Assembly (NCBI GenBank): GCA_023473395.1
Contig: JAMCYO010000021.1
Span: 1-40,490, forward strand
Direction: 5' to 3'
Source: Candidatus Marsarchaeota archaeon
GTDB taxonomy: Archaea > Micrarchaeota > Micrarchaeia > Micrarchaeales > Micrarchaeaceae
Length of the DNA: 40,490 nucleotides
The translations under genes were made by a program, and so were the position numbers. Shown here piece after piece: positions 21,937 to 31,180 of the stretch. Under the pieces are notes generated by a model. That model had not been told where the DNA came from, made no database searches, and saw only the letters and a program-made list of their open reading frames with translations. Numbering within the stretch: the stretch's first letter is position 1; each line of letters opens with the position of its first letter.

Positions 21937-24900
21937 ATGGACATATTGCTGGTAGGGCTAATAGCATTTTTGACGTTAATGGTACCCGGGGAGCTGTTCG
22001 CCTTCGCGCTACTGCAGAAGACCAAGCTAAAGCTTTTCGAGATATCCGTAATCGGGTTCATATTCGGACTCGTGGCGGTACCTACACTGACATGGCTCGA
22101 GTCCTACCTGATGAATGTTGTGCACTTCTTCGCGTTCTCGTTGGCTTTGGTGGAAGTGAACGCCCTTGTCCTTTCTATAATAGGCATAATACTCTGCCTG
22201 TGGCAGGGAGTATTCAAGCTTGGTTCTATTGGCTCGCTCTCGCGCAGATCCGAAGCAAAGTCCGAGATTGCTTCATTAGAATCAATGAAGGAGAATAGCA
22301 GGATGGAGCTCTCAGAGCTAAGGCAGCACCTTAGATCCTACGATGCCGCAAAATCGATAATAGAAAAGCACATAGAGGAGGAAAAGGTCCTTTCCGAAAG
22401 GCATTCGAGGGAACTCAATGCGATAAACCTCTCCGAATCGGAAAGGGAAAGGATAAATGCGCTCCAGAAAGACGAAAGAAATCGCCTGATAGCCGACCAC
22501 GAGCAGGAAGAGCGCATACTGTTAAACAAGCTTTCCACCAAGCCCGCCTCTGCCGCAGCGTCGCCAAAGCAGCCATTCACGATAAACAAGACCTACTTAA
22601 TCCTCGCGCTTCTGATGCTGCTTGTATTCGGAACAAGGATGATGAGCATAGGCATAGCGCCTAAGTTCTTCGAGTTTGACCCGTACTTCGACATGCTGAG
22701 CGCGGAATCCATACTTACGTTTGGCTACCAGATATATCTGTCGCCGAGCGCATGGCCTGTCGTACCTGCTGGGACCAGCATGAGGATACAGCCTCTTGTG
22801 CCTTACCTTGAAGCGTACTGGTACGACCTTGCTAATGCGTTCGGTGCGCACCTTACTACGTTCTCGACGAGCCTTATGAGCTATGTCGGAGGCATTTACC
22901 CGCCGATTACCGCTGCCCTTCTGGTATTCACAGTCTTCATATTGCTGTATTACGAATACGGCAACAAGATAGCACTGATAGGCGCTGCCCTCGCATCGAC
23001 AATGCCAGTGTTGTACACGACGTTCGTAGCAGGCGAACAGCTTCTGGAACCTTGGGGCATATTTACCCTATTCTTCTTCTTTGCGGCGTACACCCTTGCG
23101 ATAAGGGACATGAAAAGCAAGCGCCTTGCGATACTTGCAGGCATAGCATTCGCCACAACGTTCCTGGGAGCGCACTACTATACGGTAGACACTGGGGTAT
23201 TGGCTATTTACATAATAGTACAGGGAATAGTCAACGTTCTGCAGGGAAGGGACAACAAGGATTTCTATAAGATGAATGTAATTGTGCTCATAGTCATAGC
23301 AATATTTTTGGCAATGTACAACCCGTACCACGCCTCGCTTTCAGGAAGGATACCAAGCATACTGGGCATACCAATAACCATAAGCGGCCCGCTGATAGCC
23401 TTAATAGTCGTCGCAGTGATAGACTTCGGCCCGAAACTGCTCAGCAGCCGCAAAATCCTTTTCGACGAGCCAGACCAGAAAGCGTACTTGATATGGATCC
23501 TAATAATACTTGCGGTTGCGCTTCTTGCAGTAGGGTTTACCCCAGTAGGCAAGCCGATAACTGCGTATATAAACCTAAGCAAGCACTTCACTACGCCCAA
23601 TACGCCGCTGTTCATGACTGTTGAAGAATTCATACCGACAGGGGCGCTCTATAATTTCGGGTCTTCAGGTTTCGGGATGATTGGCGCTGACATAGCTGGC
23701 GTACCGTTGCTAGTCTGGGTCATAAGCATCATAGCTCTCGTAATGATAGTGCTCAGCATATTTTACAAGAAAAGCACAACCTCCGTACTTTATCTTTCAA
23801 TAGCCGCACCGTTGATGTTCGCAGGTTTTTCCGAAGTGAAATACCTACCGCACTTCGGCACGGTTTTCATACTCCTGTTCTGCATAATGCTCGGCGAGGG
23901 GATATACATATTCAGGAACGGCTTCAAGCTCAAGCACGCCGAAGCCGCAATAATAAGCATACTTGTTGCCGCAGGTGCAATACTCATAATGATGGGCTCG
24001 TTCTACGGCATAATCCTGGCTATTGTGCTTGGCATTGCCGGCGGCTTCGTTTACGAATTTGCCACAAAGACGAAATACAACGACCTGTTCGAGCCGAAGC
24101 CTGTAAAGAATGCGGAGCTTTATGTGGTCGGTGCGCTGAGCCTGGGAGTATTCTTTATATCACCAATATTTGCATTGATATTTGTCATAGCCTTGATACT
24201 GCTCCACAAGATGGATGATTACAGGAAGCAGCTTTGGGGCATATTCATTGTGTTTGCAATAATATTCGTTGCAGGCACGCTCGTTAGCGGGAGCCTAATG
24301 CTAGGGGAAATAAGCAGCATAACATCTGCGCTCAGTTCGAGTGCGCTCTATTCTTCGAGTCCCTCGACTGCGTGCAGCACTATCGCTTCTACGTCCAGCA
24401 TAGGTTACGACCTGTTCTGCAACGTAGTTCCGAGCTATTGGCTCAGCGCAGCGGCGTGGATGCGCGCAAATGTTGGCCCATATGCCCCTAGAATTTTGGC
24501 ATGGTGGGACTACGGCGACTGGATAAACTGGTTTGGTCACAGCAATGCAGTCATACGCGGAGACAATTCGGTTCCGAAGGAGGATTACGCTACAGCCGCA
24601 AGCTATGTTCTCGGCCCAACAGATAACTACACCCCTGCAACCCTTCGTGACGTAATGAACACGAACCAGACGCGTTACATAGTTTTCGACCAGGGTCTCA
24701 TACAAAAGTGGCAGGCCCTAGATTTCTTAGCGTGCGTAAACATAAACGCAACCTCAAGGGCATACGCAATAGCCCAGGGCGCAGCACAGACGCCCCCAGT
24801 CCCTTACGCGCTCGGAACGTCGCCTTGCGAACTCGAGCATGACCCAGAGTACGCGTTCCTGCCTTTGGCGGCACTAGAGGGCTCCAACAGCTCGCAAAGC

Positions 24901-25392
24901 ATAAACTATTACTGCTCGATAAGCAACAGCACGAACTTCTACATAAAGGCATATACTGCAGTTGGGGATTCGCTATCAAACACCACTGTTTGCGTGAGTA
25001 CTACCCCAACAAAGAACGGGGACATACAGCTCTACAATAGCAACGGCACAAAAATCAATGCGATGATACCACTCTCTTACGATTTGGGAGTAACAAGCAT
25101 AAATGGTATAGATTTCGTCGAGTACTTTGTTGCATACACGCCTAATGGCCCGAATGACAGCATAACTGACGCGCCTTCAAAGTTCTATGATTCGAACTTC
25201 TACAAGGGCTTCATGTTCGGTTCGTTGCCAGGTTTCACACAAGTATATCCTAACGTTACAAGTACGCCAGGAGAGAACCTAATAAACGGTACATACCCGC
25301 TCAGGATACTCGAAATAAACAACTATACCGGTGGGCTTCCACCAGTTCCTTCAAAGCCGAGCTATGTGCACAACAACCTTACGATGCCGTAA
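21937..25392 (+). CDS. aglB: oligosaccharyltransferase AglB (STT3 family) with extra N-terminal TM and coiled-coil region
   Basis: FEFDPYF, TVEE, WWDYG and DQGLIQK motifs. Many TM segments and a soluble Asn/Thr-rich C-terminal domain. Confidence 0.92.
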   Translation: MDILLVGLIAFLTLMVPGELFAFALLQKTKLKLFEISVIGFIFGLVAVPTLTWLESYLMNVVHFFAFSLALVEVNALVLSIIGIILCLWQGVFKLGSIGSLSRRSEAKSEIASLESMKENSRMELSELRQHLRSYDAAKSIIEKHIEEEKVLSERHSRELNAINLSESERERINALQKDERNRLIADHEQEERILLNKLSTKPASAAASPKQPFTINKTYLILALLMLLVFGTRMMSIGIAPKFFEFDPYFDMLSAESILTFGYQIYLSPSAWPVVPAGTSMRIQPLVPYLEAYWYDLANAFGAHLTTFSTSLMSYVGGIYPPITAALLVFTVFILLYYEYGNKIALIGAALASTMPVLYTTFVAGEQLLEPWGIFTLFFFFAAYTLAIRDMKSKRLAILAGIAFATTFLGAHYYTVDTGVLAIYIIVQGIVNVLQGRDNKDFYKMNVIVLIVIAIFLAMYNPYHASLSGRIPSILGIPITISGPLIALIVVAVIDFGPKLLSSRKILFDEPDQKAYLIWILIILAVALLAVGFTPVGKPITAYINLSKHFTTPNTPLFMTVEEFIPTGALYNFGSSGFGMIGADIAGVPLLVWVISIIALVMIVLSIFYKKSTTSVLYLSIAAPLMFAGFSEVKYLPHFGTVFILLFCIMLGEGIYIFRNGFKLKHAEAAIISILVAAGAILIMMGSFYGIILAIVLGIAGGFVYEFATKTKYNDLFEPKPVKNAELYVVGALSLGVFFISPIFALIFVIALILLHKMDDYRKQLWGIFIVFAIIFVAGTLVSGSLMLGEISSITSALSSSALYSSSPSTACSTIASTSSIGYDLFCNVVPSYWLSAAAWMRANVGPYAPRILAWWDYGDWINWFGHSNAVIRGDNSVPKEDYATAASYVLGPTDNYTPATLRDVMNTNQTRYIVFDQGLIQKWQALDFLACVNINATSRAYAIAQGAAQTPPVPYALGTSPCELEHDPEYAFLPLAALEGSNSSQSINYYCSISNSTNFYIKAYTAVGDSLSNTTVCVSTTPTKNGDIQLYNSNGTKINAMIPLSYDLGVTSINGIDFVEYFVAYTPNGPNDSITDAPSKFYDSNFYKGFMFGSLPGFTQVYPNVTSTPGENLINGTYPLRILEINNYTGGLPPVPSKPSYVHNNLTMP

Positions 25393-25444
25393 GGCCGGTG
25401 CAAAAGTAATAAATATGCTTTTCGACATAAATCTCTGCAGCAAT

Positions 25445-25519
25445 GGGCTTGTAGCTCAGCCTGGTCAGAGCGGCGGTCTTATAAGCCGTAGGTCGTGAGT
25501 TCAAATCTCACCAGGCCCA
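25445..25519 (+). tRNA. tRNA-Ile(TAT)
   Basis: GGGCTTG/CAGGCCC-A acceptor stem, GCGGT-CT-TAT-AA-GCCGT anticodon arm and TTCAAATC T-loop. Upstream AATAAATA box. Confidence 0.92.
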
Positions 25520-25576
25520 TTCCTTTATGAAACCAAATGTCGAATCGCTTATAGATTCGGTGATAAAATAGATATA

Positions 25577-26446
25577 ATGCAGTACGTTATACTTGCTGCC
25601 TTTACTGCATCGTTTTTCTGGGGCCTTGAAGACGCCCTTTCCAAAAAACCGGTGTCTAAGCTCGGCATAACCATTAGCACATCCATAGCTTTAGTGGTTG
25701 GGATTATACCGTTCACCATAGTGGCGATTTTATATCCCGAGCCAATGACTGGTCTTGCCACAACGATGTCGATGTTAGGCGGCCTGTTTTGGGGCGCTGG
25801 CTTCATGCTGATATATAAATCAGTCTCGACAGAAAATGTTACCAGCACATATGCTATAAACGAGATACTGCCTGCCGTAATGATAATCTTCGGAATAATA
25901 GGCCTAGGGGAAAAGATCAGCGCGCTGAACTCCTTGCTTATAATAGTGATATTCTGCGGTGCTATTATAATAATGATGAATGAGGGCCTAAAATTTAACA
26001 AACGTCTGCTTTATGCTGTAATGGCAAACCTATCATGGGGAATATTTTGGATTCTAATGATAGAGGTAATACACCTGTACAACAGCTTCGCGGAACCACT
26101 ACTGCTCGCAAGGGTCGTAGCAGCCGGTTCTGTCCTGGCATTTTTTATGATATATTCCAAAAGGAGAAAGATTGCCACGAAAGCAAAGTTCGCCATAGCA
26201 AAAAGCTCTTTATACGCCTCGATATCTATCGCGGTTCTTATAGGGATCGTAGATGCCATAGGTAACGATGCTTTCGGCTTCGTAAGTACTACCGGCTTCG
26301 TGGCAATAGGTGCCGGCATAATAGCAATAAGCCCGATATTCATTGCGGCGCTCGGCAGGCTATTGTATAAGGACAAGCTAACAAGCTTGCAGTGGGCTGG
26401 CTTTGGCATAATTGTGATTGCCGGAATATTCCTGGCATTATTCTAG
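25577..26446 (+). CDS. EamA/DMT family transporter
   Basis: About 10 TM segments in two repeats, with FFWG, LGEKIS and LYKDKLT motifs. Confidence 0.88.
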   Translation: MQYVILAAFTASFFWGLEDALSKKPVSKLGITISTSIALVVGIIPFTIVAILYPEPMTGLATTMSMLGGLFWGAGFMLIYKSVSTENVTSTYAINEILPAVMIIFGIIGLGEKISALNSLLIIVIFCGAIIIMMNEGLKFNKRLLYAVMANLSWGIFWILMIEVIHLYNSFAEPLLLARVVAAGSVLAFFMIYSKRRKIATKAKFAIAKSSLYASISIAVLIGIVDAIGNDAFGFVSTTGFVAIGAGIIAISPIFIAALGRLLYKDKLTSLQWAGFGIIVIAGIFLALF

Positions 26447-26502
26447 GTTTTTCGCACCTGTCTATGCAATAGGGCGCTATATCCCGAATAAAATAACTCT
26501 GT

Positions 26503-27213
26503 TCACGAGCGGTTTTTCTCAACCCTCCTTATGTCTACCCTTTTTACTTCTGCCCCAAGGTCCGAGAGTTTCAATCCCAAAAGGTCTGCATAGCGTTTGG
26601 AATCTCTTGGGTTGTCGCCGTTTCCGGTCACTACGATGACACGTCTGGCCTTGAGGTCGTTAACCGCAAGCCTTATGTCAGGCATTGCTACTTCTATCTG
26701 CTCCTGCACCACATAGCATTGGGACGGATCAAGCCCCTCGCTTTTAAAGGCTGCCCCATAATCCGGCTTTCCCGGGCTGAAAATGGCAAGCACATGCTCC
26801 AATTCGTGCTTTCCGGTGTCTACCTTCTTCGTGTCCAAGAGCTCGCCACGCACCTCAAGTTCAGGGAACTCTTTCTTTAATATTCCTAGTTGGAGTTCGA
26901 GGTTCTTTTGCTCAAGCTCTTCCCTTGAGGAGAAATCCAATTCCCTGAATTGTTTTATCAGCGAATCTTCAAGCTCTTCCTCTGCCCTTCCATTTTCCTT
27001 CAGCACGCCCATTACCTTTCCCATGGCCGTGCAATCGGTGTGCGCGAATACATTTATCTTCTTTATGCCCTTTTCCCTGACTGCCTGCTTTATCTCGGCA
27101 ATTATAGGCACGACATTTGCTCCGGCGTTTCTCATTATAAACATGGAGCCGTAATTCTTTTCTATATATTCGTTGAACCTTCTGTCCATGCAAAATATTC
27201 CCAACTCTTCCAT
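26503..27213 (-). CDS. beta-carbonic anhydrase-like protein
   Basis: CMDRR (CxDxR), RNAG and HTDC (HxxC) zinc ligands in the N-terminal half. Confidence 0.75.
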   Translation of the reverse strand: MEELGIFCMDRRFNEYIEKNYGSMFIMRNAGANVVPIIAEIKQAVREKGIKKINVFAHTDCTAMGKVMGVLKENGRAEEELEDSLIKQFRELDFSSREELEQKNLELQLGILKKEFPELEVRGELLDTKKVDTGKHELEHVLAIFSPGKPDYGAAFKSEGLDPSQCYVVQEQIEVAMPDIRLAVNDLKARRVIVVTGNGDNPRDSKRYADLLGLKLSDLGAEVKRVDIRRVEKNRS

Positions 27214-27341
27214 TCAATCACGCAAGCACACAAATAATATTTAAAATCTAAAAAGGCTTTGATTGCACAAAATTTCTATAGGTAAAATATTATTGCTAAA
27301 ACTAATTTAAATCTAAAGCCAAAATATGCATCGTAGAGACC

Positions 27342-27683
27342 ATGCCAGCAGCAAAAAAGGAAGTAACGCCAAAAATAGCAGTTAAAAGGCTCATAAACTG
27401 TTTTGAAACCGCAAACAAGGAGATAAACGAGGCGCTCGGAAAAAAGGTCCCGGAAAGGGAACTAAAAGCCAGGGTCAAGCTTTTCGTAGGCGATGCGTTC
27501 AGGAAATGTGATGTAGACATACACGATCCTTCAAAGGAGGGGCTTAAAAAGGCGATGAACGAATGCCGCATAAATACCGAGAAAATGCTCGGCAAAAAGG
27601 CAGCACCAATAATAAAAAAACATTATGCGGAAATGGAAGAAATAATAGAAAAGCTTCCAGATGATGGTGAACTAAATGACTAA
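27342..27683 (+). CDS. hypothetical helical protein
   Basis: 113-aa ORF with genome-typical codon use and an upstream TTTAAA box. Overlaps the next gene by 8 nt. Confidence 0.7.
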   Translation: MPAAKKEVTPKIAVKRLINCFETANKEINEALGKKVPERELKARVKLFVGDAFRKCDVDIHDPSKEGLKKAMNECRINTEKMLGKKAAPIIKKHYAEMEEIIEKLPDDGELND

Positions 27684-27996
27684 AATATTGTCAATAATAT
27701 CGAGCAAGGAAAAGGAGAAGATAAGCTTGGGCTTAAACTTCAGCGCAAGGCAGAAGCAGGCAGGGCACGACGTTAGGGTGCTATTTTTTGGGCCTAGCGA
27801 AGTGTCCGTGGCTAACGACGAAGAACTCGGAAAACTAATCCAGGATTCCTTCGGAGGCGAAAAACCTTCTGCATGCGTATTTGTTGCCCAAAATGCTCAA
27901 ATCGAGGAGAAGCTTTCCAAAAAACTTAACCTAGTGAAGGCTGGAGAGTACATAACAAAAAGCATAGACGAAGGCTACACTCCGATAAGCTTCTGA
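27676..27996 (+). CDS. DsrE/DsrF-like family protein
   Basis: DVRVLFFGPSE, conserved Cys in SACVFVA, C-terminal GYTPISF. GGTGA SD. Confidence 0.8.
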   Translation: MTKILSIISSKEKEKISLGLNFSARQKQAGHDVRVLFFGPSEVSVANDEELGKLIQDSFGGEKPSACVFVAQNAQIEEKLSKKLNLVKAGEYITKSIDEGYTPISF

Positions 27997-28014
27997 AAAA
28001 AGAAAGGCGCAGGG

Positions 28015-29550
28015 TCATTTCCCCGCGTCCTCTGCAAATTCAGGCACTATCTGCTTCGGCGCCAACATATCGAGGTTTTCTTCTATCAGCTCATTCTTCG
28101 ACATCATTTTATCCGGGCTGTATACAAATATTTTGAACAGGGCGAAGTATATGAGTGCGCCTACCAGGGATCCGAACACGGTCTGCGGGAAATAGTTAAA
28201 TAGCGGATTCAGTGGCCCGAGGCCGAATATGTTAATGAGCACGGCTATCGCAGTGGAAACTATGGCTATCGGTTTGAAGTTTGCCCACAAGCCCTTTGGC
28301 ACCTCGTAGAAATCCTTCAGTTTAGAGCTGTACCTCATGTTCGTATACCAGTCCACCAGCACTATGAAGGTGAACGGGAATATTATTATTGCCAGAAGGT
28401 CTAGGAATCCAGAAACTGCGTTGAGTATCCCTATTGCAGCAAGAACAACTCCCAACGTGCCAAGGACTATTGTAGCTATTGGCTGGGCTATTGCCTCTTT
28501 CGCCTTCTTCCTGAACAGGTTCTGGACAGATGCAAGAAGGTCAGCAGTCGCCGGATACAGGTTCATGGCGTTCGTGTGTATTATTGCAAGCGCAGCCCCA
28601 ACTGAAGCTACAAACACGACAATACCTGTTATGCCGCTAAGAGCCGGGAAACTCAATGCTGCCACATTCCAGTTGCCGGCCACGCTCTGGGAAACCAATC
28701 CCAGGACTCCCATCATGAAAACCGGAAGCATTATCGCAACAGGCGCGGATGCAAAATAATTAAACCTGCTTAAAGCTCCCTTCGTCTGCTTGGAAGGTTT
28801 TGCAAACCTTGTCACTGTGGATATTTTGTAAGCCCACCCCAATATCGAAAACGCAACGACTGTGCTTATTGCCGCGCCCCACGTAAAGCTTCCAGAGGGA
28901 GCCATGAGCGTTCCTATGTTTACCTTATACGATGTAAGGAGGAAATATGTGAGCACTGCGTAGCTAGCTATCAATATCGGAGACGTGAACCTGTAGAAGA
29001 ACTCAAGCCATTTGGTCCCGAATAGCACTAGCACGATTTGCAATACGCCCATTATCCCAAACCATATAAGTGCGTTCGTATGCGTAAGCGCTCCCAAAAT
29101 AAGCCCGCCTGTTGCGTCGTTGAGCCCGAAGAAGCCCAAATTTGCGAAAGTATAAAGAAGCGAAAAAGCGCTCGAAGTTCCGTATCCGTAGGTCTTTCTT
29201 GATACAACCAAAGCCGGAGCGGGGATTTGCCTCCCCATCTCTGCAAACAACCCCGCAGGGACTAACCCTATTAAGAATCCGAAGAACATCGCAAGAAGCA
29301 TGTCGGTTATTCCGAGCTTTATCAAAAGTTCTCCTAAGAGGGGAGTAAGCGCCGAAGCGCTTGCCATCGCCCAAAATATGAACACCCGCCTGGATCCGAT
29401 AGTCCTGGAGCTTTTCGGTATTGGATTAACTCCTATTACCTCTATGCCCTTCTTGGAAACCTCGGCAGTTGCGAAAGAGTCAATGCCAACGGCATTGTTT
29501 GAAACAGGCTTTGCCCTAGAACCTCTCTTGGCGGTTTTCGTTTTTGCCAT
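28015..29550 (-). CDS. NCS1 (cytosine/purine/uracil permease family) transporter
   Basis: GVNPIP..R, SRKTYG.G, TRFAK, TNAMNLY and VDWY motifs, about 12 TM segments. Confidence 0.88.
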   Translation of the reverse strand: MAKTKTAKRGSRAKPVSNNAVGIDSFATAEVSKKGIEVIGVNPIPKSSRTIGSRRVFIFWAMASASALTPLLGELLIKLGITDMLLAMFFGFLIGLVPAGLFAEMGRQIPAPALVVSRKTYGYGTSSAFSLLYTFANLGFFGLNDATGGLILGALTHTNALIWFGIMGVLQIVLVLFGTKWLEFFYRFTSPILIASYAVLTYFLLTSYKVNIGTLMAPSGSFTWGAAISTVVAFSILGWAYKISTVTRFAKPSKQTKGALSRFNYFASAPVAIMLPVFMMGVLGLVSQSVAGNWNVAALSFPALSGITGIVVFVASVGAALAIIHTNAMNLYPATADLLASVQNLFRKKAKEAIAQPIATIVLGTLGVVLAAIGILNAVSGFLDLLAIIIFPFTFIVLVDWYTNMRYSSKLKDFYEVPKGLWANFKPIAIVSTAIAVLINIFGLGPLNPLFNYFPQTVFGSLVGALIYFALFKIFVYSPDKMMSKNELIEENLDMLAPKQIVPEFAEDAGK

Positions 29551-29687
29551 CCTACCACACCCAAACCTAAATCATGTTAAGATAAATCTAAAAACAAAAC
29601 CCCAAAAACCAAAACTCACAACATTTTTAAACCGTCAAAATGTAAAGTATTTAAACGAATCCTTTCAAAGCTAACTGGGGTTATCTT

Positions 29688-30335
29688 ATGGGTGAAACCG
29701 CGGTCGATAGCAAGTTTTCTCAATACACGCTTCGCTGGCGTGGAAACAAACTTACCACAACTCAATACGCTCTTTTTGCAATACAAATGGCCGTCATAAT
29801 ACTCCTTTCATGGCTTGGGGCCATAGCGACTCCTGTCGTAGGCCCGGGCATAGGGTTCCTTTACTGGGCATATCCGTTCTTTGTCGTTTTTACCCTCTGG
29901 TGGGGCATATGGGGCATATTCGGCGCATGGTTGGGTGCATTCGTCGGCTCCGGGTTGTTAACAGGGCTGCCTGTGATTCCAGCCATGGCATTCAGCATAG
30001 GCGACCTTGTTCCTGCGTTGCTCATATTCCTATTATACCGCGGGTATTTGCGTAAGCACGGAGTCGACCCGCTTGGAAGGGACATACTCAAAAGCAAAAA
30101 GTCAGCCGCATGGTTTGTGGTATGGGTGATGGGTATAACCAACATAATTGGTGGGCTGTGGGGAGTATACGTCTTAGTGCTTCTGGGTTTCGTTCCCGCA
30201 AATGCATATTTGCTCGGGGCAGGGCTTTGGATTACCGGCGATGCGGTTGTGCTGTTGATTGCACCATTCCTTTCAAAATATGTAACTCCAGTAGTGGAGC
30301 GCTTCGGTCTAGTGAATTCGGGCTGGGTGTCATAA
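29688..30335 (+). CDS. putative ECF transporter substrate-binding S component
   Basis: 215-aa Gly/Trp-rich membrane protein with about 6 TM segments (LWWGIWGIFGAWLGAFVG, WITGD). First gene before ecfT and the ATPase. Confidence 0.7.
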   Translation: MGETAVDSKFSQYTLRWRGNKLTTTQYALFAIQMAVIILLSWLGAIATPVVGPGIGFLYWAYPFFVVFTLWWGIWGIFGAWLGAFVGSGLLTGLPVIPAMAFSIGDLVPALLIFLLYRGYLRKHGVDPLGRDILKSKKSAAWFVVWVMGITNIIGGLWGVYVLVLLGFVPANAYLLGAGLWITGDAVVLLIAPFLSKYVTPVVERFGLVNSGWVS

Positions 30336-31163
30336 ATGGGCAAAACAGATTCAAGGAAAGAAAAGCGAAGGGTAAAAACAATACTCTTTTCTGCTAGGGC
30401 GGATTCGTTCTACGTGAACATGAACCCCCTGGCAAAATTCTTTCTGCTCTTAGCGCTTTCCATAGGGGTTGTAATATCGATACTACGGCCCGTGCCGTAT
30501 CTTCAGTACAACATTCTCGTGCTTGTTTTTGCTGTCGGCTTCCTGTTCGAAAGCGGTACCGTAAAATACCTTGTAAAAAGCTATCTCGGCTTGCTGATTG
30601 TTGCTCTAGTCGTAATGATGCTGTGGTGGGTGGTTTTCAACCAGATAGGTACCAACCCGATATTCAGCGTTTCTTTCCTCGGCGCCACGCTTCGCGTAAC
30701 GTACCTTTCGCTTTATATCGGTGTCGGTAAAATAACGGGATACGCATCCATGGCGCTACTTACGCTGCTTACAATAATGAGCACCAGGGACGCCGATATA
30801 ATCTCTGCGCTCAAGAAGCTGAAGGTGCCATTCAAGGCTATATTCTTCTCGTCGCTTGTGGCAAGGAGCCTTAATATAATGTCCGAGGACCTCGATTCAA
30901 TAAAACAGGCGCAGTTCGCCAGGGGTGCGGGCGCTGCTTCCGACAATTTTTTTAAAAAAGTCGAATCGTTCGTAATGCTTTCCATACCACTTACCACTTC
31001 TATGATAAAGAGATCGGTTGACATGGGTTTTGCCTTGGAATCTAGGGGGTTCTCCAAATCAAAATCCTTTTCGGATTTCATTGATGAGAAACCCTTCCGC
31101 TATTACGATGCTGTCATAGTGGCCTTCGGTGTATTCATGCTCGCTATCCCTTTTCTGGCTTGA
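30336..31163 (+). CDS. ecfT: ECF transporter transmembrane T component
   Basis: MNPLAK, AQFARG and ALESRGF coupling motifs. Confidence 0.92.
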   Translation: MGKTDSRKEKRRVKTILFSARADSFYVNMNPLAKFFLLLALSIGVVISILRPVPYLQYNILVLVFAVGFLFESGTVKYLVKSYLGLLIVALVVMMLWWVVFNQIGTNPIFSVSFLGATLRVTYLSLYIGVGKITGYASMALLTLLTIMSTRDADIISALKKLKVPFKAIFFSSLVARSLNIMSEDLDSIKQAQFARGAGAASDNFFKKVESFVMLSIPLTTSMIKRSVDMGFALESRGFSKSKSFSDFIDEKPFRYYDAVIVAFGVFMLAIPFLA

Positions 31164-31180
31164 AAAAGCAGGTGTTGTAA

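Noticed and set aside
29551-29625. A/C-rich tract (aaaacaaaacccaaaaaccaaaac) as a repeat array or CRISPR remnant
   Set aside because: Low complexity with no fixed repeat-spacer periodicity. It is part of a divergent promoter region.
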